A stretch of 63,443 nucleotides of DNA, counting the filler, from Octopus bimaculoides (taxonomy: Eukaryota): assembly GCF_001194135.2 (NCBI RefSeq). It is 6 parts of 5 records of this genome, joined end to end, with 100 filler letters (N's around TTAATTAATTAA, not from the genome) between each part and the next. Parts side by side here need not be neighbours in the genome. Positions count along the whole stretch, not along the records: positions 8,912 to 24,869 come from NC_068981.1; positions 24,970 to 42,412 come from NC_068983.1; 4 more parts are not named here. One strand, 5' to 3'. Made by a program: the position numbers and the translations under genes. The notes under the pieces were generated by a model that was not told where the DNA came from, searched no databases, and was given only the letters and a program-made list of their open reading frames with translations. This document shows, piece after piece, positions 13,067-25,130 of this stretch. Position 1 is the first letter of the stretch, and each line of letters starts with the position of its first letter.

Positions 13067-14620
13067 TTAGATATAGCTGCCTTTGTTGTCTACAGATATT
13101 TTTGACTGAATACTTTTGAAATATATTACAATAACAACGCTTGCTGCTTTTTGTTGAGATATTTTGGGGTTTTTTTGTTGTTTTTGATTTTGGCTTAGAT
13201 GGAAGATTGCTGTTACATCTCATTGTTATGCTCAGATGTCTTATTTTTAACGGAGAAAAGAACAACCGACATGTTGGTAGTAGCCATTAGCAGATAATCG
13301 TAGCACATTTTTAATTCACCATGCATGCGAAGGCATAAATATGAATTATATTTTTTTGCGCGCGTACGTGTGAGTGTGCATATGCATGTGTGCCTTTGTG
13401 TGTTTGTGCGTTGAAAATATCATGCGATTAGAACATACATACGTACGTACGTAAAGGTATTTGTACATGTGTATATACGTGCGTTCATGCTCATTCTTCA
13501 TTCTTGCCATACAAAATGGAAACATCTGAATTGAGTTATGATTCATCTTTCTGGATTTTTATGAGAGTATGTGTAGATATGTTTGTATTTATGTAAGTAA
13601 ATTTCTGTGTAATTACATTTATATTTGTGTTATTATATTTGCGTTATTTTTAAGAATGTATTTATGTATTTTCGTGTGTGCGTATATATCATAATACATA
13701 TTTATAATATGTATGTATATGTGTATAAACACAAAAAGAGAAGCAAGGAATAAGTAGTAGTTTGGTTAGGTGAGATAGAAGACAGAAGGAAGGAGAAAAG
13801 TAAGTAATGGTGATTTCAAAATTAAACATGTCAGCATGTGTGTGCGTATGTTTACATGAAGTGCTTGTGTGTTTATCCAGTTATTTATACAACTATATAT
13901 ACACTATGAATCTATCTCTCCCTCAATCTCCTATTTGTTCAAATAAGATATTACTTCGATGAAGTGAAGTGTTATTGTATGAAATGAGATAAGACAGATA
14001 CGAGACTGGCTCCACAACAGTTTCGCATCCTGGATAAGATAAATGTTATTCAGTCGTGTAGTTATCACTCAGAACAGAAATTGTTTATGAATTCATGTCA
14101 GTATTTGTGTTGTATGGACGTACATTGCTATGATATGAGAGGGTTTTTTTAATATCCTGATGTATTAAACTCAAATCTCTGTGAAGTATATTTTCTTTTC
14201 AAGTTCTTTTTTTGTTTATTATTTCAGTAGTGTTTGCTAAAACAACATGCCAGGTTTTTGGGGTTTTTTTTTTTTTGTAGCGTGTAAATTATCGTTTAAA
14301 TCAATGAAACTCACCTTTTTATTTTATTTCTAATTTCTGTAGTCTTGTTACTTTATTATAGTATATATGTAATTTTGATACTTATTACGATTAAAATAAT
14401 GAGCAAATAACAAAGGAGTGAATAAACAAGAATAGATATGAATGGTTGAATACTGACAAATTCTTTAATGACGTGGCCTGCAAGCTATCTTGATTTGGCC
14501 TTTGATACTTTTCCGAGATCTCTGTAAACTTCACGAACTCCTAACGCAAGCACAATTGTTGATAAAGTTACTACTTTTGCTATCCGCTTTACTAAGCTAC
14601 ACACACGATATTCTGGTGAT

Positions 14621-14685
<65 letters not shown>

Positions 14686-14771
14686 TTCAAAAAAGGAAAA
14701 AGACAAAAAAACAACGTGAGGACGTGATACAGATTGTGTTACTAGACGCTCGGGAAAGGAAAGAAAGAGAA

Positions 14772-14804
14772 TTTGACGTTTCGAGCGGAGCTTTTCGTCG
14801 GAAA
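14772..14804 (-). ncRNA. Minimal hammerhead-like motif (degenerate) in a short dispersed repeat
   Basis: Minus strand reads TTT-CCGACGA-A-AAGC-TCC-GCTC-GAAAC-GTC-AAA. U4 is changed to C and stem II has one mismatch. Confidence 0.5.
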
Positions 14805-15322
14805 CAAAGAAAGTCCAAAAAGGGAAAAACGGAGGAAGAAAAAATCGCCACTGATATCCACGAGGTTACATACACACACATACACACAATCCATGGTAAT
14901 TTAGCTCACTTTGTTAGAAGTTCTATTTCAATGTTCTTACAGTGTACGCCACGGTAATTTGCCGTTGTAGTATGTTTGTTAAAAATAAATGAGCTGATAA
15001 ATATTTTAAATGATATCTGCCTTACGTCTGCACTTTGTCTCATCAGCTGTATTTACTTAGTAACAACCACTACGTTTTTTTGAATTTCTACATTCCATCG
15101 ATTTTCCAAAGTCAATGTACCGTGATCGCTAATCATTTGAATACATAAGAAGTAGAGCATATCAGAAAATGTCATATATTCTTTTCACAGCCGGTATTTT
15201 CCGTACAAATCAATAACAGCACATGAACAACCATTCACTAAAATACACTTTTCCGATGGGCAAAAGTCTATTTTGGCTATCCACCAAATGTACCAGATGT
15301 ATGAATTGTACGAATGAAACAA

Positions 15323-15625
15323 CGATAAACGTCGCCCTTTCAAAACCTAGCCAGGCTCATGGGCCCGGTTTCCCGGTTTCTATGGCGTATGTGTTCCTCC
15401 TACCCCAGCTGGACGGGACGCCAGTCCATCGCAGCGTCACTCAAGAAACAGGAAGAAAGAGTGAGAGAAAGAGTACAACAGGGGTCACCACCACCCCCTG
15501 CCGGAGCCTCGTGCAGCTTAGGTATTTTCGCTCAATAAACACTCACAACGCCCGGTTCGGGAATCGAAACCGCGATCCTCCGACCGCGAGTCCGCTGCCC
15601 TAACCACTGCGCCATTGCACCTCCA
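15323..15625 (-). mobile_element. SINE with family-A head and a different 3' body
   Basis: Same head as family A. 12-bp TSD CGAATGAAACAA (15311-22 and 15626-37). Confidence 0.85.
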
Positions 15626-17259
15626 CGAATGAAACAAGCTAAACAATAAAAGTTTGTGGCAGCCGATGACTGCAACTTCAATATGTAGAAATTAACTATA
15701 ATTTTTAGAAAGGAATGCCAAGGCAATCTATGGCCAACAAAACTCTCATGTTAAGTAATTTTGTGAAAATACATCTCGTCTGTTTTGATCTCTAATTTAC
15801 GATTCGCATCACGCAACAGATTTTCCAAAGAGGTTGTGAACATGGTTGGCAAGAGCATAGCAGATACGATGAGAAGTAATGACTGATATCGCTACATGAC
15901 CTATTTTCCATAGATCACGTAACACGGACATACCGAAATTTAAAATCATTACATCACAATATTAAGAACGAGGTTCTATCGTGGCATCAGTAATCACCGA
16001 ATAGAAATGTTTGCCATACTACAGCAACTTTACCTGTTCATGGCTCAGTCCAATTTGCATCAATTCATCATGGGGTTACAGGCGAAAAACCGTGGATAGC
16101 TAGTGGAGTTGAAAGTTTGGTCAATGAACAATGGATGTGTCAGAGGCCATCACGTTATCCTGTGCATTTCATGTTTCCGTTTATTTTAAACATTCTGTCA
16201 CACTTCAGTGACGATACCGAGTGCTCGGAAAGATAATCTGACAAGTTGCTTCTATCACTTTTGTCTCCAAACGCTTGCGCTCACCTTTGAAGAAGTACTG
16301 TTACGGAGCTGACCTCAGCGCAGACCCTACAATCAATTTCACCGAATATAAATGCAACAACAAGCAATTGGGATATTGATGACGGTTGAAATAAGCTAAA
16401 CCACAAAAGTATAAAGCTCCCGATCAAACAACAGCCTGCTGAACATTTTAAGGGCACCCAACTAGTCTGGAAGAAAAGAAAATACTGAGGAGCAAGTACC
16501 CGCAAATTCTCGAAGATTATTCGAGAGATTATCTTGTTGATTTTGCCATGAGGCTTCTAGTTTGGATCGGAGTTCTGATATACTAATTTCCAGTAGAAAA
16601 CTATAATCACACACACACACACATACATATATATTTACAAAGAGAGGAGGAATGAGATTACATAGACAGATGCATACATACATACTTGCATCAACTCACA
16701 CGCATGTACATATATATATACATACATACACATGTGTGCGTATGTGTTATTTTTTACACTGGCCTATAAATCAGCACATCTCTGTTACCTTCTTTTCTGT
16801 CCCACAAATTAGCCATTCGTCTCTTACGTGTCGATAAAATAAATATTGGATTGAAATATGCACTGGGGTCGAAATAATCAACTAAACACTTAAAAGCTGC
16901 GCAAAATATTGCTGCAATTCAACGACTGACGCTAGCAACTTAGTAAAAGAAAATACAATCATATTTAAATACTTAACTACCATCTACAAAATTTTATCAG
17001 TTCTAAGGAATATTTAAAAACACTTTGGCAATATAACTTTAAAACATATGTACTCAATAGAGATCAGAAGTCTTTGGTACATATTTTTATACTTTCATCA
17101 TGTCTCGTGTTTTGTTTTTTTTCAACTCGGTTCAAAATCGAGTCCTTCAAGTATATATTTTGTTGCTTAGTTCAGGTTAGACCTGATAGAGCAGATCATA
17201 TATGTCCTAGCTACAGTGAACATCTTGCTCATTTTTTCAGGCATACTATATCTTGGTCA

Positions 17260-17650
17260 GTGGAGGCGCAATGGCCCAGTGGTTAGGGCAGCGGACTCGC
17301 GGTCATAGGATCGCGGTTTCGATTCCCAGACCGGGCGTTGTGAGTGTTTATTGAGCGAAAACACCTAAAGCTCTACGAAGCTCCGGCAGGGGATGGTGGC
17401 GAACCCTGTTGTACTCTTCCACCACAACTTTCTCTCACTCTTTCTTCCTGTTTCTGTTGTGCCTGTATTTCAAAGGGCCAGCCTTGCCACACTGTGTCAT
17501 GTTGAATATCCCCGAGAACTACGTTAAGGGTACACGTGTCTGTGGATTGCTCAGCCACTTGCACGTTAATTTCACGAGCAGGCTGTTCCGTTGGTCGGAT
17601 CGACTGGAACCCTCGACGTCGTAAGCGACGGAGTGCCAAAAACAACAACA
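17260..17650 (+). mobile_element. tRNA-derived SINE family A, full length
   Basis: Near-identical to 11764-12142. 14-bp TSD ACT(A/G)TATCTTGGTC (17245-58 and 17651-64). Confidence 0.9.
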
Positions 17651-18085
17651 ACTGTATCTTGGTCTACACTATCAAATATGCTCTTCGTTTTTTTGACTTG
17701 TGAAAATTTAATTAATTGGTGAGAAGAGAAAATTTAACCGCTATTTCTAGACGGTTGCGAAATCATATAGAAATTCCTTAATTTGCTTGTATTGTTGTCT
17801 AGAGAACATAAACAAATAATTTGAAGAATGTATAGCATGTCTGTGTGTTTTGAGTTCAAATCTAACAGAAGCGAATTTACGTTTCTTCTTTTTGGATATA
17901 TATAGGTGTAGTTGTTTGATCCCAGGCCATGACTGATCGAGTAGAACTATTATATCAAAAGCGTTACATTATCTTGTAAAATGAGTTTTTCTTCTTATTA
18001 AGAATGTTGGATGTGATTTGACGGGTGTTTGGATGTTATTTCTAATAGGTGCAAACGTGGCTGTGTGGTAAGAAGCTTGCATCCC

Positions 18086-19429
18086 GTGTGCACGTGTTTA
18101 GTTGGCTTCTTGCAAGAAACCAGGGAAGACGTGAGTCTCGTGGGCTCCGTCTTTTGAAGGAAAGAGGAAAACCGTCGAGGTAGGTGACTTTGTTCGTTTG
18201 AGCTGGGTAGGGATTTATTGTTTGTCTATTTTTCAGTAAATTCTGCCCNNNNNNNNNNNNNNNNNNNNNNNNNNNNNNNNNNNNNNNNNNNNNNNNNNNN
18301 NNNNNNNNNNNNNNNNNNNNNNNNNNNNNNNNNNNNNNNNNNNNNNNNNNNNNNNNNNNNNNNNNNNNNNNNNNNNNNNNNNNNNNNNNNNNNNNNNNNN
18401 NNNNNNNNNNNNNNNNNNNNNNNNNNNNNNNNNNNNNNNNNNNNNNNNNNNNNNNNNNNNNNNNNNNNNNNNNNNNNNNNNNNNNNNNNNNNNNNNNNNN
18501 NNNNNNNNNNNNNNNNNNNNNNNNNNNNNNNNNNNNNNNNNNNNNNNNNNNNNNNNNNNNNNNNNNNNNNNNNNNNNNNNNNNNNNNNNNNNNNNNNNNN
18601 NNNNNNNNNNNNNNNNNNNNNNNNNNNNNNNNNNNNNNNNNNNNNNNNNNNNNNNNNNNNNNNNNNNNNNNNNNNNNNNNNNNNNNNNNNNNNNNNNNNN
18701 NNNNNNNNNNNNNNNNNNNNNNNNNNNNNNNNNNNNNNNNNNNNNNNNNNNNNNNNNNNNNNNNNNNNNNNNNNNNNNNNNNNNNNNNNNNNNNNNNNNN
18801 NNNNNNNNNNNNNNNNNTTTTTTGTTGTGACTTCTTTTTTTTTGAGATTTTTTTAAAAACTGTTTTCTGTTTGTTTGTGTTTCTTTTCTTCCTTTCTGAA
18901 TTTAAAAAAAACATGGCGAAGAAACAGGACGCTGTCTTGGAGTGGGAGGTTGTCCCACCCAAGGAGTGGTTGAAAGACTTAGAAAAAAGAACAGTGGTGC
19001 TGAGGACCTATTCTAGGTCGCTCGGCATCATCGTTCAATTTAGCAAAGAGAAAATAGAAAAAGAGTTGGCAGATTATCTGCCAACTATCAAACATATAGC
19101 TCGGGGACCCAAATTTGCAACGGTGTGGTTGCTGTTTGGCACTCCCGAGGAAGCTTGCAAATTTGCAAGCGAGCCCCTTGAGGGCGAGGAAATTTTGTTC
19201 CTCCCCACATATTGTGGGAGGAAGCTGATAAGAGCCTGGTTGTGTGGGCTGCCACCCGGGATAAATCTCCAGTGAAGTTTGTCCTCCTTTATCACGAGGG
19301 AGGGCCTGTGAGAGATCTTTTAGATTGCTGGGTAACCGAGACCATAGGTACTCGGACTGCACAGGCAGTCCAATATGGCCTCCGCAGGTGGATGCGGAGG
19401 TAATACAACATAAAGTTTTGTCAAGGGTC
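18086..19429 (+). mobile_element. L1/Tx1-like non-LTR retrotransposon 5' end (UTR + ORF1, ATG at 18913), inserted in a SINE head
   Basis: The ORF MAKKQDAVLEWEVVPPKEWLK...EEACKFASEPLEGEEILFLPTYCGRKLIRAWLCGLPPGI resembles L1/Tx1-clade ORF1 (F-x-P-x-Y-x-G...V-x-G-x-PP). It stops at 19275. The sequence is GC-rich and bounded by gaps. The clade assignment rests on recalled similarity only. Confidence 0.6.
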
Positions 19430-19977
19430 NNNNNNNNNNNNNNNNNNNNNNNNNNNNNNNNNNNNNNNNNNNNNNNNNNNNNNNNNNNNNNNNNNNNNNN
19501 NNNNNNNNNNNNNNNNNNNNNNNNNNNNNNNNNNNNNNNNNNNNNNNNNNNNNNNNNNNNNNNNNNNNNNNNNNNNNNNNNNNNNNNNNNNNNNNNNNNN
19601 NNNNNNNNNNNNNNNNNNNNNNNNNNNNNNNNNNNNNNNNNNNNNNNNNNNNNNNNNNNNNNNNNNNNNNNNNNNNNNNNNNNNNNNNNNNNNNNNNNNN
19701 NNNNNNNNNNNNNNNNNNNNNNNNNNNNNNNNNNNNNNNNNNNNNNNNNNNNNNNNNNNNNNNNNNNNNNNNNNNNNNNNNNNNNNNNNNNNNNNNNNNN
19801 NNNNNNNNNNNNNNNNNNNNNNNNNNNNNNNNNNNNNNNNNNNNNNNNNNNNNNNNNNNNNNNNNNNNNNNNNNNNNNNNNNNNNNNNNNNNNNNNNNNN
19901 NNNNNNNNNNNNNNNNNNNNNNNNNNNNNNNNNNNNNNNNNNNNNNNNNNNNNNNNNNNNNNNNNNNNNNNNNNNNN

Positions 19978-20024
<47 letters not shown>

Positions 20025-20222
20025 GTGTCTGTGTTTGTCCCCCACAACCGCTTGACATCCAGTGTTGGTGTGTTTAAGTCCACGTAACTTAGCGATTTGG
20101 CAAAAGAGACCAACAGGCTTTAAAACATAGGCACTGCAGTCGATTCATTCGACTTAAAATTTTTCAAAGTTGTACCCCGGTATGACCACAGTTTAATGGC
20201 TGGAACAGGTAAAATATAAAAG
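19978..20222 (+). repeat. SINE B 3' half (its head is at 18049-18085)
   Basis: (TG)n-gtttgtccccc...gtaacttagcg...gcaaaagagacc. Confidence 0.75.
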
Positions 20223-21343
20223 CTATCAAGCGATCGCGTAGGGGCCTTCTCGTTTGACTCGTTATGCTCAGGGTTGATAATTAAGTACCGCTATCTTCTT
20301 AGATACAATTAAGTCGAAAATACTTTGTTCTTGAAAGACAAGCAGTTATTTGTCTTTTAAAAGAACCTAATTTGAGATAGAATTTCAAATAATTACTTAC
20401 TAAATGTAGAATAGTTTTCATCATTTCTCGGAGTTTCCGATTTCTCAGAAGATGTATGGTGAATTAAGTGATTTACATTGTTGAGAATTGGAGACATTTT
20501 GGCGTTAATGATTTGGCGTTGCTGCTCCCGCATTAAATATATTTGGTATGGAATGTTTTAGCACTGAAACTCTTTGGCGCCGTGAAAATTTTATTTTTAT
20601 TTTACATCATAACTAATTGGTTTTTACTGGTTGGTCTTGTGATGTTCATAACTCCTAATTAAAAAGTCAAGTAAGGCAACATATTTTGAAGCATCAGTAT
20701 AATTTTTTCAATATTAACAGTAACAATCTTTCATTCTCTTCTACCTTTATTTACCTCTGCATGTCATGTAAAAGGGGATTACTTAGTTTTAGCTATTCCA
20801 TTTCGTTTTAAATATATTTTTATGCATTTTAATATTTCAGTCTGTTTCTCTCTCGCTCTATCTCTCTTTCTAGCTCTATCAATTTCTAATTCTCTCTCTC
20901 TCTTTATCAGGCTCTAACTCTCTCTTCCCCCTCTCTCCCTCTATCTCTACTTTGTATGTATGTCCCTGTGTGTCTGTGTGTTTACCTTCAGCAAATCGTT
21001 CGTCTTTAAATTAACTGCATTAGTCAAACCATTCCTTATTGATGGTGATTTGAACACCAACCCCACCCCAAGGTAGGCCTTGTTTGATCAATGGCGTTCA
21101 AAAACTATGGGTATCTCTTATAATCAAAGTGCTCTTTCTATGCGAGAGGCTAGTGAGTTGGATAACTAAAAGGTGTTTTGACTGTTGTTCCTGACATCGC
21201 GGATGAACAAATAGAGACCTTCTTGGAGATTCATAAACTCATCCAGTATTCGATGAGTTTACCAAACATATTTTTGTTAATACTTATATTTTTAGTTGAG
21301 CAAAATGATATGACTGTCTTCTATTTTTGTTCTAAATGATTAG

Positions 21344-21418
<75 letters not shown>

Positions 21419-22089
21419 NNNNNNNNNNNNNNNNNNNNNNNNNNNNNNNNNNNNNNNNNNNNNNNNNNNNNNNNNNNNNNNNNNNNNNNNNNNNNNNNNN
21501 NNNNNNNNNNNNNNNNNNNNNNNNNNNNNNNNNNNNNNNNNNNNNNNNNNNNNNNNNNNNNNNNNNNNNNNNNNNNNNNNNNNNNNNNNNNNNNNNNNNN
21601 NNNNNNNNNNNNNNNNNNNNNNNNNNNNNNNNNNNNNNNNNNNNNNNNNNNNNNNNNNNNNNNNNNNNNNNNNNNNNNNNNNNNNNNNNNNNNNNNNNNN
21701 NNNNNNNNNNNNNNNNNNNNNNNNNNNNNNNNNNNNNNNNNNNNNNNNNNNNNNNNNNNNNNNNNNNNNNNNNNNNNNNNNNNNNNNNNNNNNNNNNNNN
21801 NNNNNNNNNNNNNNNNNNNNNNNNNNNNNNNNNNNNNNNNNNNNNNNNNNNNNNNNNNNNNNNNNNNNNNNNNNNNNNNNNNNNNNNNNNNNNNNNNNNN
21901 NNNNNNNNNNNNNNNNNNNNNNNNNNNNNNNNNNNNNNNNNNNNNNNNNNNNNNNNNNNNNNNNNNNNNNNNNNNNNNNNNNNNNNNNNNNNNNNNNNNN
22001 NNNNNNNNNNNNNNNNNNNNNNNNNNNNNNNNNNNNNNNNNATATATATATATATATAATCCGAAATGTATAGTATTAAATATCCATCA

Positions 22090-24024
22090 CAGCTGATCTC
22101 ACCAATACAATGTAGTGTAAGGTAACAAACCGATTATATAACTTTACGCTCATCAGAATTAACCGAGGTGGAAGGGAATATAGCGACTACTCTTTGTCGG
22201 AGGTGCATTAGCCCAACCGGTCAGTAGTTGCTGTGAAGAAGGTGGTGGAATGAAAAAGGCACCAGGGGATTAGTTTAGGAGTTATGTCCCTTGGTTGGGT
22301 ATGCAGTGAAGCCGGCAAACGTTATTTTGAAGTGGGGAAAGTGTATATTATTAATGTGCTCCTGTGGGGATGGAATATGTGGTATGTGTAGCTGTGTCAT
22401 ACGTACAATTTTTTCCGGGCGGTGTACGTATATATAGCTGTGTTCGTTGGTCTGTTTTCTTTCTGTAAAGGGTAGTCGTGGGGAGGGGGGCTTATGTTAG
22501 CGTTCAGTGCGTAATGTGTGTGGGGGGGGAGCACAATTTGTGTGAAGCAGTATGTGTTGGGGAGGAGACATACTGGGGGGTTTATTTTGTGGGGTGTCCA
22601 CCTTATAGGTATGTGTGCGTGTCTGCCTTATAGGGGTGTGTGCGAGTGTACATTGGTACCTTGGTGGTGCTTTGGTGAAACTCTTTTTGTCGGGTTCAAA
22701 GGCATTGGGAGATGTGGTTGAGGAAGGTCGAAGCAGGGAACCTGTTGTTGCAGTCGAGGTAGGAGGCCTCTGGTTGCAAGTACGATAGAATGTACTTTCT
22801 TCCATGCGGGCAAGAATTAAACTCCTCACTCCTGCTATTCAGGTAAAAATCCGGACGTCGGGTACCTTTTAAAATTGCTCTCTTCTCATCCAGGCATAAT
22901 CTGCACTTCCTGTTACTACAGAAGTACGGTTTGCATCTTTCTAGGACCTTATGCTGTACTCCGTGACGCTTTCTTTCAAAGTCCCGATGAGCTTGGCTAG
23001 TGTTGTGGCGTTTCGTCTCTCTGAGATTTTGAATGAGGATTTGTGGTTATTAAAGCGGGTTCTGAAGGGGCCTTCCGTTGTCCCCACATACTTCCGCACG
23101 TTTGGTTGGGTCCTGTTGCTGTTACTTCTACCTTGTAAACAACTGTTTCCGTATTGCAGTGGCTGTTTAGTGAGCAAGTTGTGTTACCCCTCCATGAACA
23201 TCCTGCCACAGCCTCGGGTCTAAGTCTACCTACTAAAATCTTTTTTTACACTAGGTACACAGCTAAAGGATGATCTCAGGGTATGCCTATTAAATATTTT
23301 GATCAATCTATTGGTACGGGGAAAGTGTATATCAGCTAAACTAAGGAAGATCTTACCTACTCTGGTTTTAACATTTAAAGAGAATGGCGGTGTAAACCAC
23401 AGTACTTTCCGGTGGCGCTTTCTCTTGGGGGTGCCAGGGTATGGCATGTAACTAATATTATCCTTAAACCCACTGGCAGCCAGAGCCCGATTGTAGTACG
23501 TGGCGGCAAGCTGGAGATTCTCCTGCTGACGCCCTTAACCGGGTTCCTAAACACTATGGCTGGATGGCAGAAACCTGTGCTCCTGTAATGCAACTTCTCA
23601 TTTGGTTTCTTAAAGTGCCTATAAGCACTTGAATCCAGATCCAGGGGCACGTCAAGGAAATACACCGTTTTCAGGTTCAGGGTGACGTCAAAAGAATCCA
23701 CCGTCACTATAGTGACCTTCATTCCGAGGGAGCTCATGGTGCCTGTGAGGTCCTTTCTTAACCTATCTAGCGTGTGGCTGTCAGCCGCTCTTGATATTGC
23801 CTGCGTATCGTCCCTGTGGCGGTCAAAGCTAGTAGAAGTAAATTTCTCTTTTAGTATATCTAGGATGAAGAGACCGACTAGGCCACATACGTCCTCGCTG
23901 TCAAAAGCACCCATTGCCGCGTCGAAGGAGCCCTCTGCGTCAGTGCGTTTGATCCAAGCATACCCCTTACTGAAAAGTAGAGTTCTTCTGGCGTGCATGA
24001 TAATGCGTATGTCCTCGTCGTTGA

Positions 24025-24028
<4 letters not shown>
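22090..24028 (-). mobile_element. Penelope-like retroelement (RT then C-terminal GIY-YIG), 5'-truncated and frameshifted
   Basis: RT: FDAAMGAFDSEDVCGLVGLFIL...RHRDD...FLDVPLDL...KKPNEKLHY. Linker: RKRHRKVLWFTPPFSLNVKT. GIY-YIG: VVYKVEV..YVGTTEGPFRTRFNNHKSSF..CRLCLDEK. A GC-richer 3' region extends to about 22100. Confidence 0.92.
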
Positions 24029-24059
<31 letters not shown>

Positions 24060-24689
24060 AGTCATTATCATTTATTAGTTTTGAATTATCTTCTAATAAA
24101 TTCTAGATAATATTTAAATATTTAATCTGCTTCTGCAATAAGTTGTATTATATTATACGTTACAATTATATACCGTTGAAAGAGCTTGTTACATATGACA
24201 AGATAATATCCATGCGTGGACTGGATGAATGATCGGTTCATAATTACTTTCAATGGGATGACGAGAGACAAACGGATTTACAAAGAGAAAGAAACAAAGA
24301 AAATGGAAGACAGTAATAGAAAGTAATCATCGATTACGAAATAAGTCGTGGTTATGGCTACAAAAATCCAAATCTTTTTGCCTGCAGCCTTATCGACATT
24401 GTACAGAATAAGTCAGCCATTTTTAGAATGTAAAAAATTATTTAAAATAATTCAAAACTACTGGTATTTATTTTATTTTGTAATAGAATGTTACTTTATA
24501 CGCAAGAAAATCTCACTTGTCATATCATACTTCTTCAAAAATGATTCATTCATCATAACTCAAACAAATAAAAATATACACACAATGTGCACACGGTCAC
24601 CCAAACACACACACACAACATACACGAAGAGAAAGAAGTCGATAGAGAGAGTAACTGATACTAGAATATATAGAGAGAGAAATGGAGAG

Positions 24690-24766
24690 AGAGCATGCAA
24701 GAGAGAGAGAGCATGCAAGAGAGAGAGAGCATGCAAGAGAGAGAGAGCATGCAAGAGAGAGAGAGA
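24690..24766 (+). repeat. 18-bp tandem repeat x4 (gcatgcaagagagagaga)
   Basis: Read directly. Confidence 0.9.
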
Positions 24767-24967
24767 TGTGGAGAGCATACAAGGGAGAAAGGGATCGTGG
24801 TATACGGATAGCATTTAAATATTATCTGCAATAGATATATATATGTAAATATAAATATATATATATATANNNNNNNNNNNNNNNNNNNNNNNNNNNNNNN
24901 NNNNNNNNNNNNNTTAATTAATTAANNNNNNNNNNNNNNNNNNNNNNNNNNNNNNNNNNNNNNNNNN

Positions 24968-25130
24968 NNATATATATACACGATGGGCTTGTTTCAGTTT
25001 CCGCCTACCAAATCCGCTCACAAGAGTTTGGTTGGCCCAAGGCTATAGTAGAAGACACTTGCCCAAGGTACGACGCAGCGGGACTGCACCCGGAACCATG
25101 CGTTTGGCAACGAAGCATTTTCCCAGCGCT
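24968..25130 (-). repeat. SINE B 5' half
   Basis: Homologous to 3360-3500. Confidence 0.8.

Noticed and set aside
18998-19026. CTGAGGA followed by the hairpin GACCTA/TAGGTC
   Set aside because: No GAAA or NUH follows, and it lies within the ORF1 coding sequence.
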